From: Mytilus californianus
Lineage: Eukaryota
Length of the DNA: 64,000 nt
NCBI RefSeq assembly: GCF_021869535.1
Contig: NW_026262745.1
Coordinates: forward strand, 26,908,001-26,972,000
Direction: 5' to 3'
Shown here piece after piece: positions 50,801 to 63,035 of this stretch. The notes below the pieces were generated by a model. It saw only the letters and a list, made by a program, of their open reading frames with translations, had not been told where the DNA came from and did no database searches. The number at the start of each line of letters is the position of its first letter. Positions within the stretch are counted from its first letter, which is position 1. A program made the position numbers and the translations under genes.

Positions 50801-53800
50801 TATTAAGAGTTCCATTTTGATTGAGGTGATGGAGTCTTCTATACAACATGATTCAGCAAGTATTACCTCAAGAGTTCCAATTTGATGGAGTGATGGAGTC
50901 TTCTGTACATCATGATTCAGTTAGTATTACATCATGAGTTCCATTTTGATGAGGTGATGGTGTCTTCTGTACAACTTGATTCAGTAAATATTACATCAAG
51001 AGTTTCAATTTGATGGAGGTGATGGAGTCTTCTATACAACATGATTCAGTTGGTATTACATCAAGAATTCTATTTTGATGGAGGTGATGGAGTCTTCTGT
51101 ACAACATGATTCAGTTAGTATCATATCAAGAGTTCCATGTTGATGGAGGTGATGGAGACTTCTGTACAACATGGTTCAGTAAGTATTACATCAAGAGTTC
51201 CATTTTGATGGAGATGATGGAGTCTTTCGTACAACTTGATTCAGTAAGTATTACATCAAGAGTTTCAATTTGATGGAGGTGATGGAGTCTTCTATACAAC
51301 ATGATTCAGTTGGTATTACATCAAGAATTCTATTTTGATGGAGGTGATGGAGTCTTCTGTACAACATGATTCAGTTAGTATCATATCAAGAGTTCCATGT
51401 TGATGGAGGTGATGGAGACTTCTGTACAACATGGTTCAGTAAGTATTACATCAAGAGTTCCATTTTGATGGAGATGATGGAGTCTTTCGTACAACTTGAT
51501 TCAGTAAGTATTACATCAAGAGTTCCATTTTGATGGAGGTGATGGAGACTTCTGTATAACATGATTCAGTAAGTGATACGTCAAGAGTTCTATTTTGATG
51601 GAGATGATGGAGTCTTTTGTACAACATAATTCAGTAAGTATTACATCGAGAGTTCCAATTTGATGGAGGGGATGGAGTCTTCTGTACATCATGATTCAGT
51701 TAGTATTACATCACTAGTTCCATTTTGATGAGGTGATGGAGTCTTCTGTACAACATGATTTAGTTAGTATCATATCAAGAGTTCCATTTTGATGGAGGTG
51801 ACGGAGTCTTCTGTACAACATGATTCAGTGAGTATTACATCAAGAGTTCAAATTTGATTGATGTGATGGAGTCTTTTGTACAACAGGATTCAGTGAGCAT
51901 TACAAAAAGAGTTCCATTTTGATGGAAGTGATGGAGTATTTTTTACAACATGGTTCAGTGAGTATTACATCAAAAGTTCTATTTTGATGGAGGTATTGGA
52001 GTCTTCTCTACAACATTATTCAGTTAGTATTACATCATGAGTTCTACTTTGATGGAGGTGATGGAGTCATTTGTACATCAGGATTCAGTAAGTATTAGAT
52101 TAAGAGTTCCATTTCGATTGAGGTGATGGAGTCTTCTATACAACATGATTCAACAAGTATTACATCAAGAGTTCCAATTTGATGGAGGTGATGGAGTCTT
52201 CTGTACATCATGATTCAGTTAGTATTACATCATGAGTTCCATTTTGATGAGGTGATGGAGTCTTCTGTACAACTTGATTCAGTAAATATTACATCAAGAG
52301 TTTCAATTTGATGGAGGTGATGGAGTCTTCTATACAACATGATTCAGTTGGTATTACATCAAGAATTCTATTTTGATGGAGGTGATGGAGTCTTCTGTAC
52401 AACATGATTCAGTTAGTATCATATCAAGAGTTCCATGTTGATGGAGGTGATGGAGACTTCTGTACAACATGGTTCAGTAAGCATTACATCAAGAGTTCCA
52501 TTTTGATGGAGATGATGGAGTCTTTCGTATAACTTGATTCAGTAAGTATTACATCAAGAGTTCCATTTTGATGGAGGTGATGGAGACTTCTGTATAACAT
52601 GATTCAGTAAGTGATACGTCAAGAGTTCTATTTTGATGGAGATGATGGAGTCTTTTGTACAACATAATTCAGTAAGTATTACATCGAGAGTTCCAATTTG
52701 ATGGAGGGGATGGAGTCTTCTGTACATCATGATTCAGTTAGTATTACATCACTAGTTCCATTTTGATGAGGTGATGGAGTCTTCTGTACAACATGATTTA
52801 GTTAGTATCATATCAAGAGTTCCATTTTGATGGAGGTGACGGAGTCTTCTGTACAACATGATTCAGTGAGTATTACATCAAGAGTTCAAATTTGATTGAT
52901 GTGATGGAGTCTTTTGTACAACAGGATTCAGTGAGCATTACAAAAAGAGTTCCATTTTGATGGAAGTGATGTAATATTTTTTACAACATGGTTAAGTGAG
53001 TATTACATCAAAAGTTCTATTTTGATGGAGGTATTGGAGTCTTCTCTACAACATTATTCAGTTAGTATTACATCATGAGTTCTACTTTGATGGAGGTGAT
53101 GGAGTCATTTGTACAACAGGATTCAGTAAGTATTAGATTAAGAGTTCCATTTTGATTGAGGTGATGGAGTCTTCTATACAACATAATTCAGCAAGTATTA
53201 CATCAAGAGTTCCAATTTGATGGAGGTGATGGAGTCTTCTGTACATCATGATTCAGTTAGTATTACATCATGAGTTCCATTTTGATGAGGTGATGGAGTC
53301 TTCTGTACAACTTGATTCAGTAAATATTACATCAAGAGTTTCAATTTGATGGAGGTGATGGAGTCTTCTATACAACATGATTCAGTTGGTATTACATCAA
53401 GAATTCTATTTTGATGGAGGTGATGGAGTCTTCTGTACAACATGATTCAGTTAGTATCATATCAAGAGTTCCATGTTGATGGAGGTGATGGAGACTTCTG
53501 TACAACATGGTTCAGTAAGTATTACATCAAGAGTTCCATTTTGATGGAGATGATGGAGTCTTTCGTACAACTTGATTCAGTAAGTATTACATCAAGAGTT
53601 CCATTTTGATGGAGGTGATGGAGACTTCTGTATAACATGATTCAGTAAGTGATACGTCAAGAGTTCTATTTTGATGGAGATGATGGAGTCTTTTGTACAA
53701 CATGATTCAGTAAGTATTACATCGAGAGTTCCAATTTGTGGAGGGGATGGAGTCTTCTGTACATCATGATTCAGTTAGTATTACATCAAGAGTTCCATTT

Positions 53801-55119
53801 TGATGAGGTGATGGAGTCTTCTGTACAACATGATTTAGTTAGTATCATATCAAGAGTTCCATTTTGATGGAGGTGATGGAGTCTTCTGTACAACATGATT
53901 CAGTGAGTATTACATCAAGAGTTCCAATTTGATTGATGTGATGGAGTCTTTTGTACAACAGGATTCAGTGAGCATTACAAAAAGAGTTCCATTTTGATGG
54001 AAGTGATGGAGTATTTTTTACAACATGGTTCAGTGAGTATTACATCAAAAGTTCTATTTTGATGGAGGTATTGGAGTCTTCTCTACAACATTATTCAGTT
54101 AGTATTACATCATGAGTTCTATTTTGATGGAGGTGATGGAGTCATTTGTACAACTTGATTCAGTAAGTATAAGATTAAGAGTTCCATTTTGATGGAGTAG
54201 GTGGAGTTTTCTGTACAACATGATTTAGTAAGTATTAGATTAAGAGTTCCATTTTGATGGAGGTGATGGCGTCTTCGGTACAACATGATTCAGTAAGTAT
54301 TACATTTTGAGTTTCATTTTGATGGAGGTGATGGAGTCTTCTGTACAACAGGATTCAGTAAGTATTACATCAAGAGTTCTTTTTTGATGGAGGTGATGGA
54401 GTCTTCTGTACAACATGATGCAGTTAGTATTACATCAAGAGTTCCATTTTGATGGAGGTTATGTAGTCTTTTGTACAACATGATTTAGAAAGTATTACAT
54501 GAAGAGTTCCATATTGGTGGAGGTGATGGAGTCTTTTGTACAACATGATTTAGTAAGTATTACATCAAGAGTTCTATTTTGATGGAGGTGATGGCGTCTT
54601 CTGTACAACATGATTCAGTCAGTATTACACCAACAGTTCCAGTTTGATGGAGGTGATGGAGTCTTCTTTACAACATGATTCAGTTAGTATTACATCAAGA
54701 GTTTCAATTTGAAGGAGTTGATGGAGTCTTCTGTACAACATGATTCAGTTAGTATTGCATCATGAGTTTCATTTTGATGGAGGTTATGGAGTCTTCTGTA
54801 CAACAGGATTCAGTAAGTATTACATTAAGAGTTTTATTTTGATGGAGGTGATGGAGTCATATGTTCAACAGGTTTCAGTTAGTATAACATCAAGAGTTCT
54901 ATTTTGATGGAGGTGGTGGAGTCTTCTGTACAACATGATTTAGTGAGTATTACATCTTGAGTTCCATTTTGATGGAGGTGGTGGAGTCTTCTGTACAACA
55001 TGATTCAGTAAGTATTACATCAAGAGTTCCATGTTGATGGGGGTGATGGAGTCTTCTGTACAACTTGATTCAGTAAGTTTTACATCAAGAGTTCCAATTT
55101 AATGGAGGTGATGGAGTCT
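47849..55119 (+). repeat. 65-bp tandem array (~112 units, 7.27 kb) with a 16-mer higher-order repeat, in intron 1
   Basis: GATGGAGTCT recurs at 48491 and 48556. Consensus GTCTTCTGTACAACATGATTCAGTAAGTATTACATCAAGAGTTCCATTTTGATGGAGGTGATGGA. Variant markers recur every 1037-1039 bp. Confidence 0.97.
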
Positions 55120-57679
55120 GCTTTTGCTTGAGACGTAAATGTATTTAACAGGTCAACATATAATTTTTACTATACAGACATCCAACACCAGTCTTCTCTA
55201 CAACATGATTCAGTGAGTATTACATCAAGAGTGATTGAGACGTAAATGTCTTTAACAGGCCAGGTCAATATATAATTTTTACTATACAGACATTCAACAA
55301 TAGTCAAGTGTCTACACAATGTATCATATCCTTAAACACATTAAGACTTGAATGTTGTGAATAATTTAAACACAATTTCGAAAAATTGACCATTAATACC
55401 TTCCAGTAAAACAATTTCAAAGCTAAAGATAAAGATGATAACAAAATACAACCACTGACGAGGCTCTTAACTTAACACCGCTCACGAATATGCTTCCTGG
55501 TTAAACAATTCTTTTTTTTTCATCTAATTTAGTATAACGGAATAAGAGTAAAATAACAAACGAACTTCAACTGGCAGCCGAAAAACATGATTTGTGGAGA
55601 ATCCTTGAAATTATTTAGCTGTAGGTGTTTTTTTTATTGGACGAGAATTCCAGCGTAACATATAGATACAGCTGTGTTGTATTACTATGATCAAATCATG
55701 CCCTGTAAGGATATTCTTATTTGACCCTGGAGGTAGTTGAAACTTACGACGTTTGCTTAATTTATAAGGATAGCCGTGAGAGAATCTGAATAGCCTTTAG
55801 TTTTCTGTGCAGTGTTTTGTGTACAGTTGTCTGTCTTTTCGTCGTTTTTCTTTGTTGCCATTGAATTGTCAGTTTTTTCGATTTCTTGGTTTGAAAATCT
55901 CTTTGGTATCTTTCGTTTCTTTTCCGTAAGTACTGTTAACAAATCAGAATGCAAAATATACTTTGAATGAATTTCAAATTATCTATGTTCTTAACACAGG
56001 TAGGCAATCGGGAAAATAATCTTACTAACTGCGAACCTCTAGCTACAGATCTCTATTTTGTTAGTGTTATGAATAACTAATTGACATGTTTACTAAGTTT
56101 AACAGATGCTTTCTGGTCTTATAGTACATATTTAGAATTAAAGCTGTATGCAACAAAAGTACGATTTTACATTTGCAGTCATAATCTTCCTCTTGGTGCA
56201 TCATATGTCATGTAATTTTCACAACTTTTATTTTTATACTTAATGTACGTTCCTTCGCATTAAAACAAATTATATTGTTTAGTAATTACTTTCGATCGAA
56301 CAGTCACATTGATTCAAAGAATTTTCTAATTGATTTGTTGAGTTAACACTTGTATAGTCAGTTGTTTATATACTAGTAAACGAGAAAGCAACTGAATACT
56401 TCAAGTAATGTTGCAGAGAATACTCTTAATATCCCCAACAAGCCATCCACGTATGGGTCATTTGGTTGTACGAGGGGTACACATCACAGCCATGTACTAA
56501 CGGGGCCTCCAGTAGTTAATGCGTTCTCTGTATACCCATTGTATGTTTTGTTTTACACAGATGTTGTCTGTCCTTTTTGCTTTAAATCTTTTAATATCCC
56601 TTGATATTTACTTCATTCTAATATTCTGAAACATTTAACTTTAATCAACCCGATTTCGTCATTATCGAGCACATCAAGCTCCTGTGCTAAATCCAGTCCA
56701 CGACAGGTTAAAAATAAAAACTCGGAAGTTTCATGTTGAACTAAACAACATTACATTTTATAAATGAAACGATGGTGTATGTATCATTTAAGCAGCAGTA
56801 TTCCGTACACTTGCCAAATCGTATAAGACTGTTAGGCAATGTTAAACTTCGAGAATTTTCTGATTTCTTGAATAAACTATATCATGCAAAATCGGTATAT
56901 CTGAATGTGATCAATAAAATAGATGCATTTGATCAAACTGATGCACTGTTTAAAAGAGTGGATAACATTAATGGTACCAATATTTCTGAACCAGATACGC
57001 ATTCTGACAATAAATGATAATTGGTGTTAACGTTTGTACTAATTATGTATAATGTGAAGTAGTAAAGAAGTAAAATAAATAGATTATATGCATCCGAAAG
57101 CTGTGTCGACTGTTTTATTAACTAATCTTGATCTCGAAAGTTCTAGAACGGACCTCATCACAACCTTTTCATAATGTGAAAATTTTAATCTTAGATTTGA
57201 AGAAAAAAAAAAACACAGTAAAAGGATTTCTCATCTACTCGGAAGATGTAGGTAATTCAATAGCCAGTACGTATGAAGTATTTGATCGTTATCTTCACTG
57301 ACTATAAAAAAAAACCCGAGAACAGACAGCCCCTTTTTAAGTATGTTATTTGTCTGTATTGTAGTACGTTTTTCAGTGTTCGTATGCACATTCACTGTAC
57401 ATGCTGTAGGTCCTTTACATTTCTATAGACATAAACACTTTCTCTAATGCTAATTCTCACACCAATGCCATCAAGGTTTGGTCAGCTGAGGCAATATCCT
57501 GTGGGTGATTGAGGTTTTGGAAATACTAATTTTAATATTCCATTCGTTCATTAGTATGATGTTCCATAGGTATTGTGTCTAACTTTTATCCAACACGACC
57601 ACTTCAATAATTACTGTACTTGAATCTGTAATTTATTTTTCATATTTCAGTGATAGTTTGTTGCTTTTTTTATGGCGTC

Positions 57680-58057
57680 GTCAGTTTTCATCAACTTATG
57701 AGTTTGAATATACCTTTGGTATCTTCCGCCTCTCGTCGCTGAAAATGTCAGTTTGTCATCGACTTATGAGTTTGAATATCCCTTTGGTATCTTCCGCCTC
57801 TCGTCGCTGTAAATGTCAGTTTGTCTTCGACTTATGAGTTTGAATATACCTTTGTTATCTTCCGCCTCTCGTCGATGTAAATGTCAGTTTGTCTTCGACT
57901 TATGAGTTTGAATATACCTTTGTTATCTTCCGCCTCTCGTCGCTGTAAATGTCAGTTTGTCATCGACTTATAAGTTTGAATATACCTTTGGTATCTTCCG
58001 CCTCTCGTCGCTGTAAATGTCAGTTTGTCATCAATTTATGAGTTTGAATATACCTTT
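57680..58057 (+). repeat. 68-bp tandem repeat, about 6 units
   Basis: AGTTTGAATA occurs at 57701, 57769, 57837, 57905, 57973 and 58041. Confidence 0.95.
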
Positions 58058-58297
58058 GTAGTAGGATATCGTGTTAGGACAGAACCTAATAGAACAATAT
58101 AAAAATAACGGAAAACGATAAAAAAAAAGAACCCAAATCAATGCCTCTCGTCGCTGTAAATGTCAGCTTTGTTTCAGTCCATCATCACTGCCTACTTGTT
58201 TGCGAGTTTCTACAACATTTCGTAAAAGCAAACATTATATAAATCAGATTTTGTTTTATAGTTTTAATATTTACTACCTATTTCTCTTTTAATAAAG

Positions 58298-58789
58298 GCA
58301 ATTTGCTAAATGAAATCTGGATTACAACGCCAGATGATGGTAATAATGATGCCTGGACCCCGGACGTATTCCACTTCTACACCAACGTAGCCGATTATGG
58401 ACTTTCAATTGCACAAACGAAGGAAATGAGGTTTAGGGTAATTTCAAGTTGTCAAGCAATATGTACACGTTCATTTGTTTTGTTGTCTGCAGCACGTGAT
58501 CTGATATCACAAGATTATTATGAACTATATCTCGGGTGTGATGACAGTCCGGTGCAATTAAGACGGAAGTATCAAACACAAATCCTCGAACAAATGTATA
58601 ATTACAATGACAGCTGTACAGAATACCGTCGGATGGTACTCACGTGGACTGTAAAAGGACATATTTTACTTCAAACATCCGATGGAGATACGGTCATCGA
58701 ATGGACAGATTCTTCACCAATACCAGTGACGGGTGTTGGTATAAAAACAGGATTCGGAAATAGTGGATTGTGGGCCATAACAATAACAG
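58298..58789 (+). CDS. FAMeT-like/PAN secreted protein, exon 2 (farnesoic acid O-methyltransferase-like domain)
   Basis: IWITTP...FRV..C...VLLS...YYELYLG...C.EYRRMVLTW...IEWTDSSPIPVTGVGIKTGFGNSGLW matches the Methyltransf_FA pattern. Acceptor AG at 58296-58297; phase-1 donor CAG|GTAGTA at 58790 (an in-phase alternative lies at 58793). Confidence 0.85.
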
Positions 58790-59159
58790 GTAGTAAGATA
58801 TCGTGTTAGGAACAGAACCTACTAAAAATAACGGAAAACGATAAAAAAAAAGAACCCAAATCAATGCAAATTAAAATGTATTTTCGTTTTCGTTTTTGAA
58901 ACACTCTGATGAAACATACTATTATTTAGACGAAATTTAAATTTATGCATACATTTCATATCGTTACGGCAGGTTAAATTCATTGCATGTCCTTTTTGCA
59001 TAAAAATGACATATCTAACCTTATAATTACTTGAACATAAAAGATTCTTTAGAAAATTAACTTCATAGAAACAGAGGATATAAACTAATGAGAGATGGAT
59101 AAATACCCTGCCACGTCCGGTCTGTAATTTTGTTTGATTGTTCTGCTTTGTATCGATCT

Positions 59160-59890
59160 GACGAGTTAAGCCTTTTTCAATTGATTTTTATGTTGTGCTG
59201 TTTCACCACTGTCCCAGGTTAGAGGGAGGGTTGAGCGCTCACTAACATGTTTAAGCCCGCCAAATTCTTAATGTGCCTCTTCCAAGTCAGGAGCCTGTTG
59301 TTCAGTTGTTGTCGTTGGTTCATGTCGGTCATATAATTGTTTTTCGTAAATTTTTTTGTTATAAATTTGGCCGTTAGTTTTCTCAATTTAATTGTTTCAT
59401 ATTTTTATGTCGGGGCCTTTTATGGCCGACTATACGGTATGGATTTTTATCATTGTTGAAGGTCGTACGGTTGCCTAGAATTGCTTACATCCACTTTGTT
59501 TGAACTTTGGTGGATGGTTGTCTCTTTGCCAATCATACATCATCTCCATATTTTTATAATTAAACAACAAATAAATGATTAACTAAAATATTTTTTGATA
59601 CAATCTGTCGTTATAATAATTCTCTATAACTCTATAAAGGCAACAGTAGTATACCGCTGTTCAAAACTCATAAATCGATAGAGATAAAAACAAATCCGGG
59701 TTACAAACTAAAACTGAGGGAAACGCATCAAATATAAGAGAAGAAACAACGACACAACAAAAACACAACATTAAAATGTAACACACACAGAAACGAACTA
59801 TAATATAACAATGACCATTTTCCTGACTTGGTACAGGACATTTAAAGAAAAATATGGTGGGTTGAACCTGGTTTTGTGGCATGCCAAACA
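59160..59890. mobile_element. Two adjacent dispersed repeats in intron 2
   Basis: 59160-59560 is a reverse copy of the 15222/61912 family. 59637-59890 is a reverse copy of the 45290-45505 family. Confidence 0.75.
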
Positions 59891-60027
59891 CAACACCAAA
59901 ACGACAACATTACATGACAGGACCACAATACAAATAAATATAACATTTTATACAATATAAAGGCTATTTCATAATATAAAGGTTAATGACAAAATATAGT
60001 GAATACACGTTCTTGTTTTATTGTTAG

Positions 60028-60293
60028 GACTGTTCACTGGATATTATTGTGGTAAACTGGGGACATATGGCAATATGGCAGTGCTGAAGACGGTTACAAC
60101 CGTAAGTGCAATCCAATGTACCAGTCGGTGTTCATCAAACGACAATTGTCTCGGAATCAACTTTAGTGATACAACAAAGGAATGCAAGTTGGTCAAAAGT
60201 AGTCAACCGATCAACATCGGTCCTGCACTTGACTCGAGAGTCTTAGTCAAATGCCTGAATGATAAACAACTGTGCTTGGCCTGCCTTATTTGA
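60028..60293 (+). CDS. FAMeT-like/PAN secreted protein, exon 3 (PAN/apple domain)
   Basis: SAIQCTSRCSSNDNCLGINFSDTTKECKL fits the PAN C-x3-C-x5-C...C pattern. Acceptor ttgttag at 60026-60027, phase 1; TGA at 60291-60293. 73+492+266 = 831 nt = 276 aa plus stop. Confidence 0.82.
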
Positions 60294-60785
60294 CTGAATT
60301 TGTTACGTTTGTTATTTTTCAATTAAAATACTGTGAATGCTTTAAAAAAAATTAAAGTTGATTTTGTAAAAAATCATCATCAACCTCCGGTATAGATCCC
60401 ATTAATAATTAGATCCTTCTGTAGTTCCTAACGATTCATTTTGGTCTTATTGATGCTCAAATACTTAGTCCTTTAAAATCAAAGAAGTGATATTATCTAT
60501 CGAAAGGCACATGCATGGGACATAGTATATATTTTTCAAATTACATTATTGTTTATTGTCAAAAATCTAAAGAATGATCAACACGAGCCTCACAAAAATC
60601 TCAGGTGTTCAAGATGAGTCAACAGCTACTGCTTCACTAATGACATCCTCCTTGTTACTCCTATAAAAGTAAGGTTTTGATTCATTATAGAGACGTCCGG
60701 ACTTTCGACAATAGTAACACTGTACTTACGTCCTGTATCTATCAGACATAGCTTTACATTATATGCATGCCAAAGAAAGTACGAT

Positions 60786-61046
60786 AATGATTGATTGATC
60801 TATTGATTGTTTTAGTTTTAAAGCCACTTTCAACACTATTTGCTATATCGTGGCGGTCAGTTTTGGTGGAGGGAGCAGGATATGCCCGGAGAAAACCACG
60901 GACCTTCGGCAGGAAAATTGACACAATCCTAGCCAATCAAAATTGGATTGGAACGCACCTGCCAAGCTCGGATTTACAACCTCAGTGGTGACAGGCTTTT
61001 CATACAGTAGTTAGAACTATTTACACCACTCGGTCACCGAGGCGCC
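60786..61046 (-). mobile_element. Near full-length tRNA-derived Meta-type SINE
   Basis: Minus strand has a GGCGCCTCGGTGACCGAGTGG tRNA-like head, a GGTTTTCTCCGGGCA...CCTCCACCAAAACTGACCGCCACGATATAGC core and an (ATCA)n tail. Confidence 0.75.
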
Positions 61047-61911
61047 GAAAGATAATAAAAAACCGAAAGTCCGGACTTCTATTAATAGGTATTGTGTCAT
61101 ATAATATCTGAGGGAAATATTAAATAATAACATTATATGAAACTAAATATGCTTTGTTCCTACATATAACCATGTTAATATTTGAGAATACACTGTACCT
61201 CAATCAAAACTTGTGTTTTATCCTAGGTCATTTTTCTTGTTTTGATTTCAATCAAATATATGTAAATATCATACAGCATCTCATTATTATGTATTAAAGT
61301 ATATCATATGATTGATGAATGTCTCTTGTTTAACCCAAATATATCACCAAATCACCTTAACTGAATGTGAAAGTTGGAAATAAAACAAGATTTTCAGGCC
61401 AAGGATAGACAAGAAAAACGAAGACTAAAATACAGAACCTCGTCCCTCTGTTTCTGTGGAAAGAACCAAGACCTAAAAGATACATATTCAGTGTCTACTT
61501 CACAAATAATATAAGATGAGTTATAGATTCTAGGTGCTGAAGTTGTGTATCTTTTTATTTGCTTACAGTTTTCTCTTTATTTTGTTCGCGTTGTCATGTT
61601 TCTTTTGGTTGTATGACTTTTGACGTGACTCGGTATTAATGCATCCCACTATCGGGTTTTTTACTTTGGGCGTTACTGGTGCACTTGGGTCTTGATGTGC
61701 GATTCAGACGCAAGAGGTTTTACAATGTTGTTTCCATATTGTTTACCCTTATATTTATATTTTACTCAATTTGTATCGAGAAAGTGTATACTATATACTG
61801 TATGTGCATGTACTATCAACTACAAAAATCTTTGTGTTGGCGTGTATACCAAATTTCCTTCAACTACAATAACTTTTTTGTTGGTGTCTTCGTTAGATTT
61901 ATTTGTATAAA

Positions 61912-62230
61912 AATAAGGAGATGAGGTATGATTGCCATTGAGACAACTATCCACCAAAGTTCGAATAAAGTGGATGTAAGCAATTATAGGCAACCGTACG
62001 GCTTTCAACAATGAGAAAAACCCATACCGTATAGTCGGCTATAAAAGACTCCGACATGAAAAATATAAAACTATTCAATTGAGAAAACTAACGGCCTAAT
62101 TTATAACAAAACAGTTAACGAAAAACAAATATGACAGACATGAACCAACGACAACCACTGAACTACAGGCTCCTGACTTGGGACAGGCACATAAAGAATG
62201 TGGCGGGGTTAAACATGTTTGTGAGCCCGC
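61912..62230 (+). mobile_element. Dispersed repeat (GAGGTATGATTGCC family), followed by a C20 run
   Basis: Colinear with 15222-15470; poly-C at 62233-62252. Confidence 0.75.
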
Positions 62231-62404
62231 AACCCCCCCCCCCCCCCCCCCCACCTTTTTAGGACTGTGATTTAATGGCACAACACAAGAACCAACTATA
62301 CAAAACAATAAACGAAAAACAATTATGAGGACAACCACTCAATTTCAGCCTTATGACTTTGGAGACAAGCATATATAGAATGTACCGTGGTTAAACTTGT
62401 TTGA

Positions 62405-63035
62405 AGCGCCAACCCTCCCTAACCTTGGACAGTGGTGTAACAGTACAAGATAAGAACAAACTATAAAAATCAGATGAAAAAGGCCTAACTCATCAGATCG
62501 ATACAAAGCAGAAAAACATCAGACATAAACACAGACCGGACGTGGCAGGGTATTTTATCCATCCCTCATTCCTAACAACAAAAAGGACACTAAGTACAGA
62601 TCTGGGAGTACTCGCAGTTACTGACAGCTAGTTCAAAGCCAATAACAACTAATAAAAAAATCATGTATCTAAGACTAAAATATCAATCAGTACACATCCA
62701 ACATGGATTTAGTATCAGAAGGTCATTAACAGTCAGAGAAAAACATGACCATGTGCAAAGCCAAAATTTAGGTATCGACAGATTGTAGTACGTAACAAAC
62801 TATTAGGTATGATTTTAATTTACTGATAACAAAATCAACATTTATACCAATAAAAACAATATTCAAAGATCTAATTACAGTGTTAAATTGGTAACCTTTT
62901 TGAATAAGTTTATTTAAAGGATTGATAAACTTACCCGGATCGTATATTAACTTCCGGGCTCGGCAAACAACATCACCATAAAATTTCGGATGAGCTATTC
63001 CGTCTGAAATAAGTTTTTTACAGGTACAGCCAGGT
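62405..63035 (-). mobile_element. Naiad family 2, 5'-truncated copy
   Basis: GCTCKKLISDGIAHPKFYGDVV...KGYQFNTVIRSLN matches 11672-11890; the 3' tail matches 11239-11640. Confidence 0.85.

Noticed and set aside
47849-55119. The array as a repetitive coding region or a CRISPR-like array
   Set aside because: The 65-bp unit is not a multiple of 3, stops recur on both strands, and there are no unique spacers or cas genes.
56380-57017. ORF 56772-57017 and nearby coding-like sequence, possibly a GPCR C-terminal remnant
   Set aside because: No diagnostic motif, and adjacent frames have many stops. It needs a tblastx search.
58905-58950. CTGATGA...GAAA spacing (also near 19170)
   Set aside because: No supporting stems; expected by chance in AT-rich DNA.
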